Notes: generated by a model from the letters alone, not told the origin. 64,000 nt of DNA from an uncultured Verrucomicrobiae bacterium (GCA_963772365.1 CAVYXA010000002.1:32763-96762), one strand, 5' to 3'; shown: positions 1 through 10,100, counted from the first letter of the stretch. Translations and numbers: made by a program.

Positions 1-654
1 CGCGGCTGTGCTGGCGACTGCGCTTCCAGCCTTCTCGCTTCCGGTGAGCGTAACCGCCTTGATTCGAGGATCGACAATTAATTTTTCAACCTGCTCCGAT
101 TCGATCAGCAATGTCTGGAAAACGCCTTCTTCGAACCCGGCTCTGCAAAAGATTTCTTCGATCGCCAGGGCGCACTGCGGAACATTGGCGGCGTGCTTGA
201 GCAGTCCGACATTGCCTGTCATTAACGCAGGCGCGGCGAACCGGAACACCTGCCAGAAGGGAAAATTCCAGGGCATGACCGCGAGTACCGGCCCGAGCGG
301 TTCATAATGAACGTAACTCTTCGCGGCGTCAGTCTGCGCGGCTTCGTCTTCCAGAAATCGCTCCGCGTTTTCCGCGTAATATCGACAGCCACGGACACAT
401 TTTTCGACTTCGTCCACCGCAGCGCGGAATAGTTTTCCCATTTCCAGTGTCATGAGACGGGCGAAATCCTTCTTCTCGCGTTCGAGCAAAGATGCAGCCG
501 CCGTCAAAAGTTGAGCGCGTTTTGGAAACACTTCACGTCGATGCTGCTGGAATGCTTTTTGTGCCCGCTCTAGTCGCTTCTCGATCTCGTCGCCGAGCGC
601 CTGAAATGTTTTCAGCGTTTCACCATTAGCGGGATTGATGGAGGCGATTGGCAT
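1..654 (-). CDS. NAD(P)-dependent succinate-semialdehyde dehydrogenase family aldehyde dehydrogenase (3' part outside window)
   Basis: Manual translation from ATG at 654: MPIASINPANGETLKTF...PLGPVLAVMPWNFPFWQVFRFAAPALMTGNVGLLKHAANVPQCA; ALDH signature. Absent from the ORF track because it runs off the window. Confidence 0.88.
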   Translation of the reverse strand, partial: MPIASINPANGETLKTFQALGDEIEKRLERAQKAFQQHRREVFPKRAQLLTAAASLLEREKKDFARLMTLEMGKLFRAAVDEVEKCVRGCRYYAENAERFLEDEAAQTDAAKSYVHYEPLGPVLAVMPWNFPFWQVFRFAAPALMTGNVGLLKHAANVPQCALAIEEIFCRAGFEEGVFQTLLIESEQVEKLIVDPRIKAVTLTGSEKAGSAVASTAA

Positions 655-683
655 ATAGTTAGATAATCGCTCGACCTCGCTCT

Positions 684-767
684 GTCACCCTGAGCGAAGT
701 CGAAGGATCCCGCGAACCTACCTCAAAGCTCTCGCCACGGGATTCCTCGACTCCGCTCGGAATGACG
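684..767. repeat. REP-like palindromic element, family A (GTCAyscTGAGC...GCTCrGAATGAC)
   Basis: Long imperfect inverted repeat; related copies at 3058-3152, 43231-43325 and a half copy at 35180-35207. Confidence 0.8.
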
Positions 768-782
768 AAGCGATTTAACGCG

Positions 783-2288
783 CTACACCCGCAATCCTTT
801 TGGGATCACCACGCGATCGAGCAGGTCGAATAACCATTGCACTAGCAGCGCGAGCAGCGCCGCTGGGATTGCACCTTCGAGAATTGTAGCGTGATCATTC
901 AGGTCGAGTCCACTCAGAATCGGTTCGCCCAGTCCGCCGGCACCGATCAGCGCCGCCAGTGTGGCCGTGCCGATGTTGATGACCGCGCTGGTCTTGATCC
1001 CGGACAGAATCGAACGCGAAGCCATTGGCAGATAAATTTGCCACAAGCGCGCAGCAGGACTGAGTCCAAGTGCCGTTGCCGATTCCCGCAGAGATCGCGG
1101 AATATCCTGCAACCCGCTCGCTGTGTTCCGCACAATTGGCAACAAGCCGTAAAGAAAAAGCGCGGCAATGGCGGTACGGACACTAATCCCAAAAAAGGGA
1201 AGAGGAACGAGCAGCGCGAGAAGGGCGAGCGATGGGATTGTCTGCACAATGCCAGCAAATCCGAGAATGACATGTCCAAACAAACCGCCGCGACTGGCGA
1301 ATATTCCAAGCGGAATGCCAATTATCACGGCAAGCAGCAGCGAAAATCCAGCAAGCTCCAGATGGCGAAGTGTCCAGCGCCCAAGTTTGTGCCAGAACGA
1401 TTCGCCAGCAGCGATTGTCGATCCTTTATTCCCAGCGAAATACAAATTCGCCGCTCGGGCGTAGCTTTTCGTCCGCTCCGCTTCCGAATTCAGTCGGATC
1501 ATTTTCGATTCATTGATCGTGCCTTCCAATTTGCGTAGTGCGGTGGTTGTCGATGCTGGCAATGCGAGGCGATACAAAAACACGGCATCATATCGCGGGA
1601 AGAAATTCAGATCGTCATGCAGTGTGACGAGATCGTATTCGGCAATCTTGGCATCGGTCGAGTAAGCATCTTTCACATCGATGTCACCATTCTTGAGCGC
1701 GGCATAGCCTAGCGCATGATCAATCCCGATCACGTGATGAGGATTGAGTTGGTAACGCGCGGCCAAAGGTCGCCAGCCATCTTCTCGATCCAGGAATTCG
1801 TGAGTGAGACCGACTGTGAGCTCCGGGTGATTTCGCAAATCGCTGATTGAGCGAATCCCGAGTCGACGCGTTTGGTCGCGCCGCATGACCAGCGCATAGG
1901 TGTTGTTAAACCCGAGCGGTTCGGTAGTGCCGATCCCGAACTTGGCGAGCGCATCTGGAATGTTTGCCTGTCGATCTTTCAATATCTCCTCGGCGATTGT
2001 GCCGGTGTATTCGGGATAGAGATCGATCTGGCCGCCGCGAAGGGCCTGCCAGAGAATGATTGTACCGCCCATCCCTTGCCGATGCTCTGCAGGAATTCCG
2101 GAATCGATCAGTGTGCGCTTGGCGATCTCACCCAACACATACGATTCCGTAAATTTCTTCGAGCCGATCATGATTGGCTGCGCACAAACAGAAGCGGAAA
2201 AAATCAGGAAAGCGGGAATGCAGGAAAAAGGCAGAAAACGGAATATAGAAATCTTTTCCTGTTTTCCTGCGTTCCTGATTCTCTTCAT
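783..2288 (-). CDS. Glycine betaine/ergothioneine-type ABC transporter, fused substrate-binding protein + permease
   Basis: N-terminal GSKKFTESYVLGE, YPEYTGT and NTYAL motifs (OpuAC/OsmF type); C-terminal permease with EAA-like loop (ESATALGLS). Confidence 0.88.
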   Translation of the reverse strand: MKRIRNAGKQEKISIFRFLPFSCIPAFLIFSASVCAQPIMIGSKKFTESYVLGEIAKRTLIDSGIPAEHRQGMGGTIILWQALRGGQIDLYPEYTGTIAEEILKDRQANIPDALAKFGIGTTEPLGFNNTYALVMRRDQTRRLGIRSISDLRNHPELTVGLTHEFLDREDGWRPLAARYQLNPHHVIGIDHALGYAALKNGDIDVKDAYSTDAKIAEYDLVTLHDDLNFFPRYDAVFLYRLALPASTTTALRKLEGTINESKMIRLNSEAERTKSYARAANLYFAGNKGSTIAAGESFWHKLGRWTLRHLELAGFSLLLAVIIGIPLGIFASRGGLFGHVILGFAGIVQTIPSLALLALLVPLPFFGISVRTAIAALFLYGLLPIVRNTASGLQDIPRSLRESATALGLSPAARLWQIYLPMASRSILSGIKTSAVINIGTATLAALIGAGGLGEPILSGLDLNDHATILEGAIPAALLALLVQWLFDLLDRVVIPKGLRV

Positions 2289-3028
2289 AAAACGGCAAGC
2301 CTGCGTTGCGCATTGATAAATTCGGAGACGAAGTCATTCGCGGGCCGTTCCCGGAGATCGATAATCGATCCCTGCTGCACGATTGCGCCTTCGTTCATGA
2401 GCACGATTGCGTCGCCGAAATAAGCGGCTTCGGCCAAATCGTGCGTGACCAGCAACGTTGTCTGGTTCAGCCGAGAAAAGATTTCCTTCAGTTCTTCTTG
2501 AAGCGAAACGCGCACGAGCGGATCGAGCGCACCGAGCGGCTCATCCAGCAGCAACAATTCGGGTGAAAGCATCAGAGCGCGCATCAAGCTGACACGCTGA
2601 CGCTGTCCACCGGAAAGCTCGATGGGATAACGCGAAAGCAAAGTCTCGGAAAACCTGGTCAACTCACATAAATCCGAGAGATGTTGCCTCGTTTCAGTTT
2701 CGTTTTTCCCGAGATGTCGCGCCATCAGCAACACGTTTGCCCGCGCGGTGAGATGCGGAAACAGACCGCCTTCCTGAATCACGTAACCAATTCGACGACG
2801 GAGATTGTCGATGTTATCCGACCCGATCGTTGCGCCGTCGAATTCAATCGAGCCCGAATCAGGCTCGACGAGTCCGATAATCAAACGCAGAAGCGTGGAT
2901 TTTCCGCAGCCGCTTGGACCGATGAGGACGGTCGTTCTGCCGCGCTCGATCGAAAGGATCGTCGGATGCAACGCCGGGGTATCCGCGTAGCGCTTGCTCG
3001 CGTCACGAAGTTGAACCAGCGCATTCAC
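2285..3028 (-). CDS. ABC transporter ATP-binding subunit (osmoprotectant type)
   Basis: GPSGCGKS, LSGGQRQR, LLLDEP; start placed at GTG 3028 because the longer ORF reads into a repeat. Confidence 0.9.
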   Translation of the reverse strand: MNALVQLRDASKRYADTPALHPTILSIERGRTTVLIGPSGCGKSTLLRLIIGLVEPDSGSIEFDGATIGSDNIDNLRRRIGYVIQEGGLFPHLTARANVLLMARHLGKNETETRQHLSDLCELTRFSETLLSRYPIELSGGQRQRVSLMRALMLSPELLLLDEPLGALDPLVRVSLQEELKEIFSRLNQTTLLVTHDLAEAAYFGDAIVLMNEGAIVQQGSIIDLRERPANDFVSEFINAQRRLAVL

Positions 3029-3057
3029 TGTCGATCCAATAAGCAGTAATCGTCGCT

Positions 3058-3152
3058 TGTCATGTTGAGCGAAGCGAAACATCTCCAATCATTGGCTGCG
3101 CGCTGTGCCGGGGAAAAATGGTTTGAGATTCTTCGCTTCGCTCAGAATGACA
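3058..3152. repeat. REP-like palindromic element, family A
   Basis: tgtcatgttgagcgaagcgaaacatctc...gagattcttcgcttcgctcagaatgaca. Confidence 0.8.
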
Positions 3153-3187
3153 GGAATATAAATCGGAGCGCTGCATGGCGCCCGCGT

Positions 3188-4158
3188 TCAGCGATCTCGG
3201 CGACAGGTGAAATAGAACACGCCAAACAGGCGCGCGTCATCGGTCCACATTTTCTGAAATTCGAAGCCGGCATTGCGGGCGAGCGCTGAGAAACTTTCGG
3301 TCGTGTGTTTGTAGGGTACTCGGTGAGAATTTTTTCGCCCGCTCTAAACTCAAACTGTCGATCCTCGATGTGGAGCGTTTGGTCGCGTTCGCTAATCAAG
3401 TACATTTCGATCCGCCCTTCGGCAGCATTGTAAATGGCGCGATGTCGCCAGTTTTCCAGATTGAAATCCGCGCCAAGCTCGCGATTGGCCCGCACAAGTA
3501 GGTTTAGATTGAACTCTGCAGTCACGCCCTGGGAATCGTTGTAAGCAGCCTCAATTATCGAAGGATCTTTTTGAAGGTCCACGCCGATGAGTAGCCCGCC
3601 GCCGTCGCCGCAAAGCCTGGTAATTCGGCACAGGAAATCGGCGGCTTCTCCCGGTTCGAAATTTCCGAGGGTGGATCCGGGGAAATAAACCACTTTGCGA
3701 GTAGCACTGCGGCGCGGCGCCGGCAGAACAACTGGTTGCAAATAATCGGCGCAGACGGGTAAGACTTCGAGATCGGGAAAAACTTTCCGGAAAACCGCTG
3801 CGGATTCGTAAAGTTGTTCCTCGGAAATATCGACAGGCATATAAACGGCAGGCCTGTCGAGTGCTGCGACGAGGATTCGTGTCTTGGTTCCTGCGCCGGT
3901 TCCGAGCCCGATCAACTCGATGTTTGGCCCCAGATACGACGCGATTTCGCGACCGTGTTTCTCCAGAATGTCGATCTCGGTGCGTGTGATGTAATACTCC
4001 GGCAGCTCGCAGATTTTCTGGAACAACTCCGAGCCACGCGCGTCGTAGAAGTATTTGCACGGCAGCGTTCGTGGCTCGTGGGAAAGGCCGGCAACGACGT
4101 CGGCGTAGAAATCGGAATTAGCCGGCTCGCGCGCAAGCACGGCGGTTCTAGAATTCAT
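3188..4158 (-). CDS. egtD: L-histidine N-alpha-methyltransferase EgtD (one apparent frameshift near 3315)
   Basis: PCKYFYDARGSELFQKICELPEYY, FPGSTLGNF, AAYNDSQGVTAEFNLNLL; C-terminus (KMWTDDARLFGVFYF) continues in another frame; ATG overlaps the egtB stop. Confidence 0.92.
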
Positions 4159-5537
4159 TGTGGATCGCGTGCGAGTCTGATTCCGGTGAACTGCCAACGT
4201 TTTTCCGGTTGGAAGAAATTGCGATAGGTCTTGCGGATGTGAGTGCGGGAGGTCGCACAGGAACCGCCGCGCAAGACGTATTGGTTGCACATGAATTTGC
4301 CGTTGTATTCGCCCAGAGCGCCGGGCGCAGCACGATAACCGGGATAGGGCGAATACGAACTGCGCGTCCATTCCCAAACGTCGCCGAACATTTGCAGGAG
4401 CTTGCCGTGGTGTGCGCGAGTTTCCGCTGAGACAGCGGACGCTACAGGATGGAATATTTCGTTCTCGACGAAGTTACCGTCGATAGCGATGTTCGCCGCG
4501 GCGCGTTCCCATTCAAACTCGGTAGGCAAGCGGGCACCGCTCCAGTTGGCGAAGGCATCGGCTTCAAAGTAACCGATGTGCGTCACCGGTTCGTCAGGAT
4601 CGACAGGATGGAAACCCGAAAGCGTGAAATTCCACCATTGTCCGTCATGCTTTTCCCAATACAGCGGCGACTCCCAGCGCTGCTCATTTATAGTCATCCA
4701 GCCGAGCGACAACCAGAACTCCGGGCGTGAATAGCCATTGTCTTCGATGAAAGCCATGTATTCCCCATTCGTTACCGGTCGCGAAGCGAGTGCAAATGCG
4801 GGGACGAGCGCGCGATGACGCGGCCCTTCATTGTCGTAAGAGAAACCGCGGCCGTCATGGCCGATCTCGACAATTTCCTCGTCGAAATCGACGAACTTCA
4901 ATGGCGCGATGTCGCGATTGTTGTGGCATTGGCTTCCAGCCAATGTCTCATCGGCAGAATGCCGATGCCACGTGCGCGGCCGAAAAATCGGATGCAGCGG
5001 ATTCTGCGCGAAAACGTGCTTAATATCGGTGAGGAGCAATTCCTGATGTTGTTGTTCGTGATGAATTCCGAGCACAACAATCGGCTCGACTTCATTGAAA
5101 AGTTCTTCGTCGGCGCCCGAAATAAGATTGTCGATCTGCTCATCGATTGCCGAGCGATATTGATGGGTCTCGTCAACCGTAGGCCGCGAAATTAGACCGC
5201 GCAGATCGCGCCGGTGCATATCGCCGGCGGCGTTGTAGTAGGAATTAAAAAGATACGCGTATTGCGAATTATTAGGCTGATAACCGGTGATCCATTTCTT
5301 GAGAACGAACGTTTCGAAAAACCATGTGGTATGCGCGAGGTGCCACTTGGTTGGGCTGACATCGGGCATCGATTGTACGACGCAGTCTTCGGGGGCAAGG
5401 CTATGGCAAAGCGCGGATGTAAAGCGTCGAACTTCGTGAAAGCGGCAGAGCAATTGCTCACTTCGCGATTTCGCCTTCTGGCCGCGCAATTGCGCGAGCG
5501 GCATTTCATTCCGAGTTGCGGCCGCAATTGCGCTCAC
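4155..5537 (-). CDS. egtB: Ergothioneine biosynthesis sulfoxide synthase EgtB
   Basis: DinB domain (SPTKWHLAH, HHEQQHQE) plus FGE-sulfatase domain (RLPTEFEWE, GDVWEWT, EYNGKFM); adjacent to egtD. Confidence 0.93.
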   Translation of the reverse strand: MSAIAAATRNEMPLAQLRGQKAKSRSEQLLCRFHEVRRFTSALCHSLAPEDCVVQSMPDVSPTKWHLAHTTWFFETFVLKKWITGYQPNNSQYAYLFNSYYNAAGDMHRRDLRGLISRPTVDETHQYRSAIDEQIDNLISGADEELFNEVEPIVVLGIHHEQQHQELLLTDIKHVFAQNPLHPIFRPRTWHRHSADETLAGSQCHNNRDIAPLKFVDFDEEIVEIGHDGRGFSYDNEGPRHRALVPAFALASRPVTNGEYMAFIEDNGYSRPEFWLSLGWMTINEQRWESPLYWEKHDGQWWNFTLSGFHPVDPDEPVTHIGYFEADAFANWSGARLPTEFEWERAAANIAIDGNFVENEIFHPVASAVSAETRAHHGKLLQMFGDVWEWTRSSYSPYPGYRAAPGALGEYNGKFMCNQYVLRGGSCATSRTHIRKTYRNFFQPEKRWQFTGIRLARDPQ

Positions 5538-5938
5538 GAGCTTTCGTCCTCCTGCTCGCGCTCTTCCCGGCGCGCTTCCAACATTTGATCGTGCGTCGCT
5601 TCTTCTACTCCTCCGTTTACCAGATTCTCGCCTACCGTTTCCTCATCTTCCTCTGCGCCGGGCCGAGGGACACGACGGCCGCGATTTTCCGGGGTAATTT
5701 CCCAGTCATCCGGCATTTCGGCGCTACCCTTGGTTTCCTCCTGAGGCGTCGGATGTTCTGCACCAAGCAATTCTTTTCGCGCCTGGGCCCAGTCCGCCTC
5801 GGTAAATTCATCCGGGTTGCGCTCGTCGATCATCGCGATCTCCCGCGCGCGTTTCTCGATGTCCTCCGTAGAGGGCACGCCCATGCCGCTTCCATGAAGT
5901 GAAATTTTTCCACCGCCTTCCTGTGAGTAATCGTTCAT
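5534..5938 (-). CDS. Acidic hypothetical protein
   Basis: 134-aa ORF whose stop overlaps the egtB start. Confidence 0.65.
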   Translation of the reverse strand: MNDYSQEGGGKISLHGSGMGVPSTEDIEKRAREIAMIDERNPDEFTEADWAQARKELLGAEHPTPQEETKGSAEMPDDWEITPENRGRRVPRPGAEEDEETVGENLVNGGVEEATHDQMLEARREEREQEDESS

Positions 5939-6025
5939 ACAACCATGTGTCGCACTTCAAACATAATGTGGATGTTTCCGATGCGAAAAGTTTTTTTGCC
6001 GAATGCGCCGCACTGTCAATCGTGC

Positions 6026-6100
6026 TGTAGTGTGCGCTGTCCTCAGCGCAGTGGTTGGTGATTCACGGAGGCGGCCCCGCGGGTTCCGCTGAGGACAGCA
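6026..6100. repeat. REP-like element, family B (tgtagygtscgctgtc-cagcg)
   Basis: Related hairpins at 4423-4446, 10068-10091 and 10250-10273. Confidence 0.65.
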
Positions 6101-6134
6101 TGAATCCATACGCTTCGACCACTTCATTATCCGG

Positions 6135-7004
6135 ATGAAACTGCTTGAGCTGAAAAGCGGCCACTATCTTGCGTTTGATGAATTCGGCGATCCATCCGGC
6201 ATGCCTGTGTTTTTCTTTCATGGCTGGCCCAGCTCGTTGACGATGGCGCAAATTACGGACGCGGCCGCTCGCGAGTTAGCTGTTCGAATCATTTCTCCCG
6301 ACCGTCCGGGGATTAGCGAATCGACTTTGCAGCCGGATCGCAAGTTACTCGATTGGCCGCCGGTGTTGCGCGAATTAGCGGATTATCTCGGCATAGAGCG
6401 CTTTCATGTGCTCGGGATTTCCGGCGGCGCTCCGTATGCCTACGCAACAGGCTGGTCGATACCGGACCGCATCCGAGCAATCGCAGTTGTTAGTGGCGCG
6501 CCGCCGATTGTCGATCTTGCCGACCATAGCGGATTGCTGCGGCTTTATCGTTGGATGCTCAGGGTTCACCGAATCAGTCCCGAGCTTTTGCGAATCTGCT
6601 TTAAAATTGCGCAGCCCTTTGCTGCGCGGAAAATTCCGATCCGGTTGCGGCCATTATTTTTGAGAATCTTTCAACGAGGGGATGCTGAGGTGCTGCGCGA
6701 CAATGCCGCGTTTGAAGCTTGTTTTGAAAGTGCGAGGAAAGCCTGGCGGGCATCAGTTGACGGTGTGATGGTCGATGCCCGTGTCTACGCCCAGGCATGG
6801 GGATTCAGGCTGGAAGAGGTCGATGTTCCCGTGCGAATCTGGCACGGGACGAAAGACCGGGCGTTTTCATTTCGTTTGGCCGAGCAGCTCGCGGCACGCT
6901 TGCCAAACTGCAAACTGCGGATTGTCGATGCTGCCGGTCATTTTTCGCTGCCGATTCGTTTCATGCGCGAAATCCTGGCCGATTTGATTTCGGTGAAGTC
7001 ATAA
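6135..7004 (+). CDS. Alpha/beta fold hydrolase
   Basis: HGWP, DRPG, GISGG nucleophile elbow, HGTKD, AGH. Confidence 0.9.
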   Translation: MKLLELKSGHYLAFDEFGDPSGMPVFFFHGWPSSLTMAQITDAAARELAVRIISPDRPGISESTLQPDRKLLDWPPVLRELADYLGIERFHVLGISGGAPYAYATGWSIPDRIRAIAVVSGAPPIVDLADHSGLLRLYRWMLRVHRISPELLRICFKIAQPFAARKIPIRLRPLFLRIFQRGDAEVLRDNAAFEACFESARKAWRASVDGVMVDARVYAQAWGFRLEEVDVPVRIWHGTKDRAFSFRLAEQLAARLPNCKLRIVDAAGHFSLPIRFMREILADLISVKS

Positions 7005-7046
7005 CTTTTTCTGTGCGGCCGGCATGGGTCGCGCTTAAAATTCCTC

Positions 7047-8120
7047 GTGGGAGATTTCACAGCAGGGACAATTCAGACGGAACCGGTGCGGCGACAATGG
7101 ACAATCGAGCCGCCGTTCGATCAGCGAGTGCGCGAACTGGCGGAGGATTGGGGCGCGGAAAAAACTCCGGAGTTGATCGAGGAGATGATCGTCACTGCGC
7201 TCAAGATCGCGCGCGACGAAATGGGCGTGGCCGATCTGAAATTGATCAATCGTTCGCTCAAGGAGCTGTGTTATGCGGCCAAGGTTTTCGCGCAATATTC
7301 CGATGTTCGTAAAATCGCGATCTTTGGCTCGGCGCGAACGGCTGCGGACGCGGCTGTGTTTCGATTGGCGGAAGAGTTAGGCCGCGAAATTGTGAAGCAC
7401 AATTTCATGGTCATTACCGGCGGTGGCGATGGGATCATGGGCGCGGCTCAAAAAGGCGCGGGCCGGCAGAACAGTTTCGGTTTGAACATCCGGCTGCCTT
7501 TCGAGCAAAAGGCAAACCCGATTATCGAAGGCGACGGTAAACTGATTAACTTCAATTATTTCTTCACGCGGAAATTGAATTTCGTGAAGGAAACCCATGC
7601 CATGGCCCTTTTTCCGGGCGGTTTCGGGACAATGGATGAAGGCTTCGAAGTCCTCACCCTAATGCAGACGGGCAAAGCGCGACTGATTCCACTGGTATTG
7701 TTGGACATGCCGGATGGCACATATTGGGAAACGTGGATGAAGTTTGTTCGTGAAGACATGTTCAATCTCGGTTATGTCTCGGCCGAAGATTTTTCGCTAT
7801 TCAAACTGTGTCACACAGTTGGCGATGCGGTGAAAGAGATCCTGCAATTTTACAAGAATTATCAGTCAATGCGATGGGTGGGCGATCGGCTTGTTTTCCG
7901 AATCTGCCGAAACTTATCGCGCAAAGCGATTGTCGATCTTAATCAAAAATTTTCCGATATCGTGCGCGAAGGCGAGATCGTGCAAGGCAACGCTTTGCCC
8001 GAGGAGAGTAACGAACCGGAAATTTGGAATCTGCCGAGATTGACCTTAACGCCGCATCGACGCGACTTCGGACGGTTTCGACAATTGATTGACGCGATCA
8101 ATGCTGCTGCCCCCGCCTGA
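7047..8120 (+). CDS. LOG family protein (TIGR00730-like)
   Basis: IFGSART, TGGGDGIM, FFTRK, PGGFGTMDE. Confidence 0.9.
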   Translation: MGDFTAGTIQTEPVRRQWTIEPPFDQRVRELAEDWGAEKTPELIEEMIVTALKIARDEMGVADLKLINRSLKELCYAAKVFAQYSDVRKIAIFGSARTAADAAVFRLAEELGREIVKHNFMVITGGGDGIMGAAQKGAGRQNSFGLNIRLPFEQKANPIIEGDGKLINFNYFFTRKLNFVKETHAMALFPGGFGTMDEGFEVLTLMQTGKARLIPLVLLDMPDGTYWETWMKFVREDMFNLGYVSAEDFSLFKLCHTVGDAVKEILQFYKNYQSMRWVGDRLVFRICRNLSRKAIVDLNQKFSDIVREGEIVQGNALPEESNEPEIWNLPRLTLTPHRRDFGRFRQLIDAINAAAPA

Positions 8121-9221
8121 GCCCGGTTTTCCGATCAAGCGAAGATCGACATCGACTTTGGCTTGCATCATCTGATCGAACCCAAAATGCGCGCGCGCAT
8201 ATTGCAGCGCATTGACGGCGCAGCGCGCTGTCAGATCCTTATCCGCGAGGAAACGAAGAATTGCCTTGGCCAATGCGTCCACATTTTTTGGCGCAACCAA
8301 TAAACCGTTTTCGGCGTCGCGAATGATTTCGGGGATATCGCCAATCGTAGTGGCGACGACCGCACAACCGCTGGCAAACGCTTCTCGCAGAACGATCGGC
8401 GAAGCCTCGGTGCAGAATGACGAGATCACAACCATGTCAGCCGCAGCCAGAATATCAGGCGTGTCCCATCGATAGCCGAGCATGAGGATCTTGTCTTGCA
8501 GACCGGATTTCTGAATCGCTTCTCGCAATTCTCGTTCGCGCAAGCGCGAGCCGGTTCCCTGGCCGACGATCACAAATCGGGCATCCGATCTCTCCTTCAG
8601 CACAATCTCAGCTGCTTTGGCCAGGCGCTTCTGTCCTTTGTCTGAGCGAATCATGCCGATGTTCACGATGACCGGCGTGTCCGGAGCAAATCCCATTTCG
8701 CGACGAAATTTTACTCCATCGCCCGATTGAAATTTCGCAAGATCGACAGCGGACCCGATCACTTCAATTTTTTCCGGGCGAATGCCATTCTGTTCGACTA
8801 GCTGTCTCTTAATCACGCTCGCGTCCACCACAATGTTCGAGCAACCGTATTTGAAAATGAATGCGCGACTTTTACCGCCGAGCGGATCGGTAATGCAACG
8901 CGCGCGAGATAGCGGAATTCCACCGAGAAAAAGCGGGAACGCGAGCCAATGGTCCTTTGAGCTATAAGTTTTGATCAGATCGATTCGGTTCCGCCGGCAA
9001 AACCGCAAGATTCGCCAGGAACAGATCAGATCGACACGACGCCGCATGGGCACGACAACGAGATGGGCGCCGAGCTCGCGGGCTTTGGGCACGATCTCGC
9101 TTTGCGGATCGCACATCAGCCAGGCGTGATGTCCATTTCGATTGAGCCAGTTGATCTCCAGACAGGTGCGATATTCTTGTCCGCCCCAGCTTCGGCTGCT
9201 CTCGAGATAAAGTACGTTCAC
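8046..9221 (-). CDS. Glycosyltransferase family 4
   Basis: WGGQE at the N-terminus, KGQ, EASPIVLREA, GDIPEII. Confidence 0.9.
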   Translation of the reverse strand: MNVLYLESSRSWGGQEYRTCLEINWLNRNGHHAWLMCDPQSEIVPKARELGAHLVVVPMRRRVDLICSWRILRFCRRNRIDLIKTYSSKDHWLAFPLFLGGIPLSRARCITDPLGGKSRAFIFKYGCSNIVVDASVIKRQLVEQNGIRPEKIEVIGSAVDLAKFQSGDGVKFRREMGFAPDTPVIVNIGMIRSDKGQKRLAKAAEIVLKERSDARFVIVGQGTGSRLRERELREAIQKSGLQDKILMLGYRWDTPDILAAADMVVISSFCTEASPIVLREAFASGCAVVATTIGDIPEIIRDAENGLLVAPKNVDALAKAILRFLADKDLTARCAVNALQYARAHFGFDQMMQAKVDVDLRLIGKPGSGGGSSIDRVNQLSKPSEVASMRR

Positions 9222-9263
9222 CTGGTCCGGCGACTCGCGGCCTCGCGAATTCGCTCGCAGAGC

Positions 9264-9533
9264 CTAAGCGTTCGCCGCGCGTTTTTCGACAATATAATCG
9301 TGGATGCTGTTTACGCTCTGCAACGCTTTGCCGGCGACTTCCGCATTTGGAACGCTGACGCCGAAAGTTTTTTCCATGCTCACTGCCAGTTCCAGCGCGT
9401 CGATCGAATCCAGCCCGAGACCGTTCGGGCCAAACAATGGTAGATCATCGCCGATTTGATCGGCCGTAGTTTGCAGCATCAAATTTTTGACCAGCATCTC
9501 CTTGATCCGCTGGCGAAGATCGACATCTGACAT
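9264..9533 (-). CDS. Acyl carrier protein
   Basis: GLGLDSIDALEL phosphopantetheine site. Confidence 0.92.
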   Translation of the reverse strand: MSDVDLRQRIKEMLVKNLMLQTTADQIGDDLPLFGPNGLGLDSIDALELAVSMEKTFGVSVPNAEVAGKALQSVNSIHDYIVEKRAANA

Positions 9534-9597
9534 AGGAAACGCCGATTCTGTCGCAAATCGTGCGAAACGTCAAACGCGCGACATCACGGTTGATTCA

Positions 9598-9680
9598 GAA
9601 AGCGGCGGAGTACCGCCGCACTCCAAAGCACTGGCGTGCAAAACATTTCGCGAAGCTTTTGAGTGCGACGCGTCGCTTTT
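9598..9680. repeat. REP/REPIN-like element, family C (aaagcg...cgcactcc / ggagtgcg...cgcttt)
   Basis: Related copies at 44695-44742, 44878-44920 and 49497-49640. Confidence 0.75.
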
Positions 9681-9694
9681 ACTCAGCGCCGCTG

Positions 9695-10018
9695 CTACAC
9701 CTGATCGGCTTGTTTGCCGGGTGCGATTTCCTGATTCGGATCCGGATGAGATTCCGGCGTAGTGGTCTGGTCGGCTATGCGCGGCACAGTCGACTGCGCC
9801 GGCTTCACTTCTGGCGCGGCTGGTTGCGTATCGGATTTGCCGGCTTTGTGCAGCTCGTCGTTGAATTCATCCTTCGCCTTCTGGAATTCCTTCACCGCCT
9901 GACCCATCCCGCGCGCCAACTCTGGTAACTTCTTCGCTCCGAACAAGACCAGGATGATCAGCAGAATGACGATCAAATCCGGGCCGGCCAGATTCATGAA
10001 GCTGGCAAGGAGATTCAT
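9695..10018 (-). CDS. tatA: Twin-arginine translocase TatA/TatE
   Basis: LVLFGAKKLPELARGMGQAVKEFQKA. Confidence 0.92.
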   Translation of the reverse strand: MNLLASFMNLAGPDLIVILLIILVLFGAKKLPELARGMGQAVKEFQKAKDEFNDELHKAGKSDTQPAAPEVKPAQSTVPRIADQTTTPESHPDPNQEIAPGKQADQV

Positions 10019-10100
10019 AAGCTGGGTCAAACATCAGACTCTTTCCCGAAGTTGCAAGGCAATTCAATGCGCTGAGACAGCGCACGCTACAGCAAAGACT

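Noticed and set aside
3029..3289. ORFs or extensions reading MFRFAQHD / MLSEAKHL
   Set aside because: These are translations of the family A repeat, not genes
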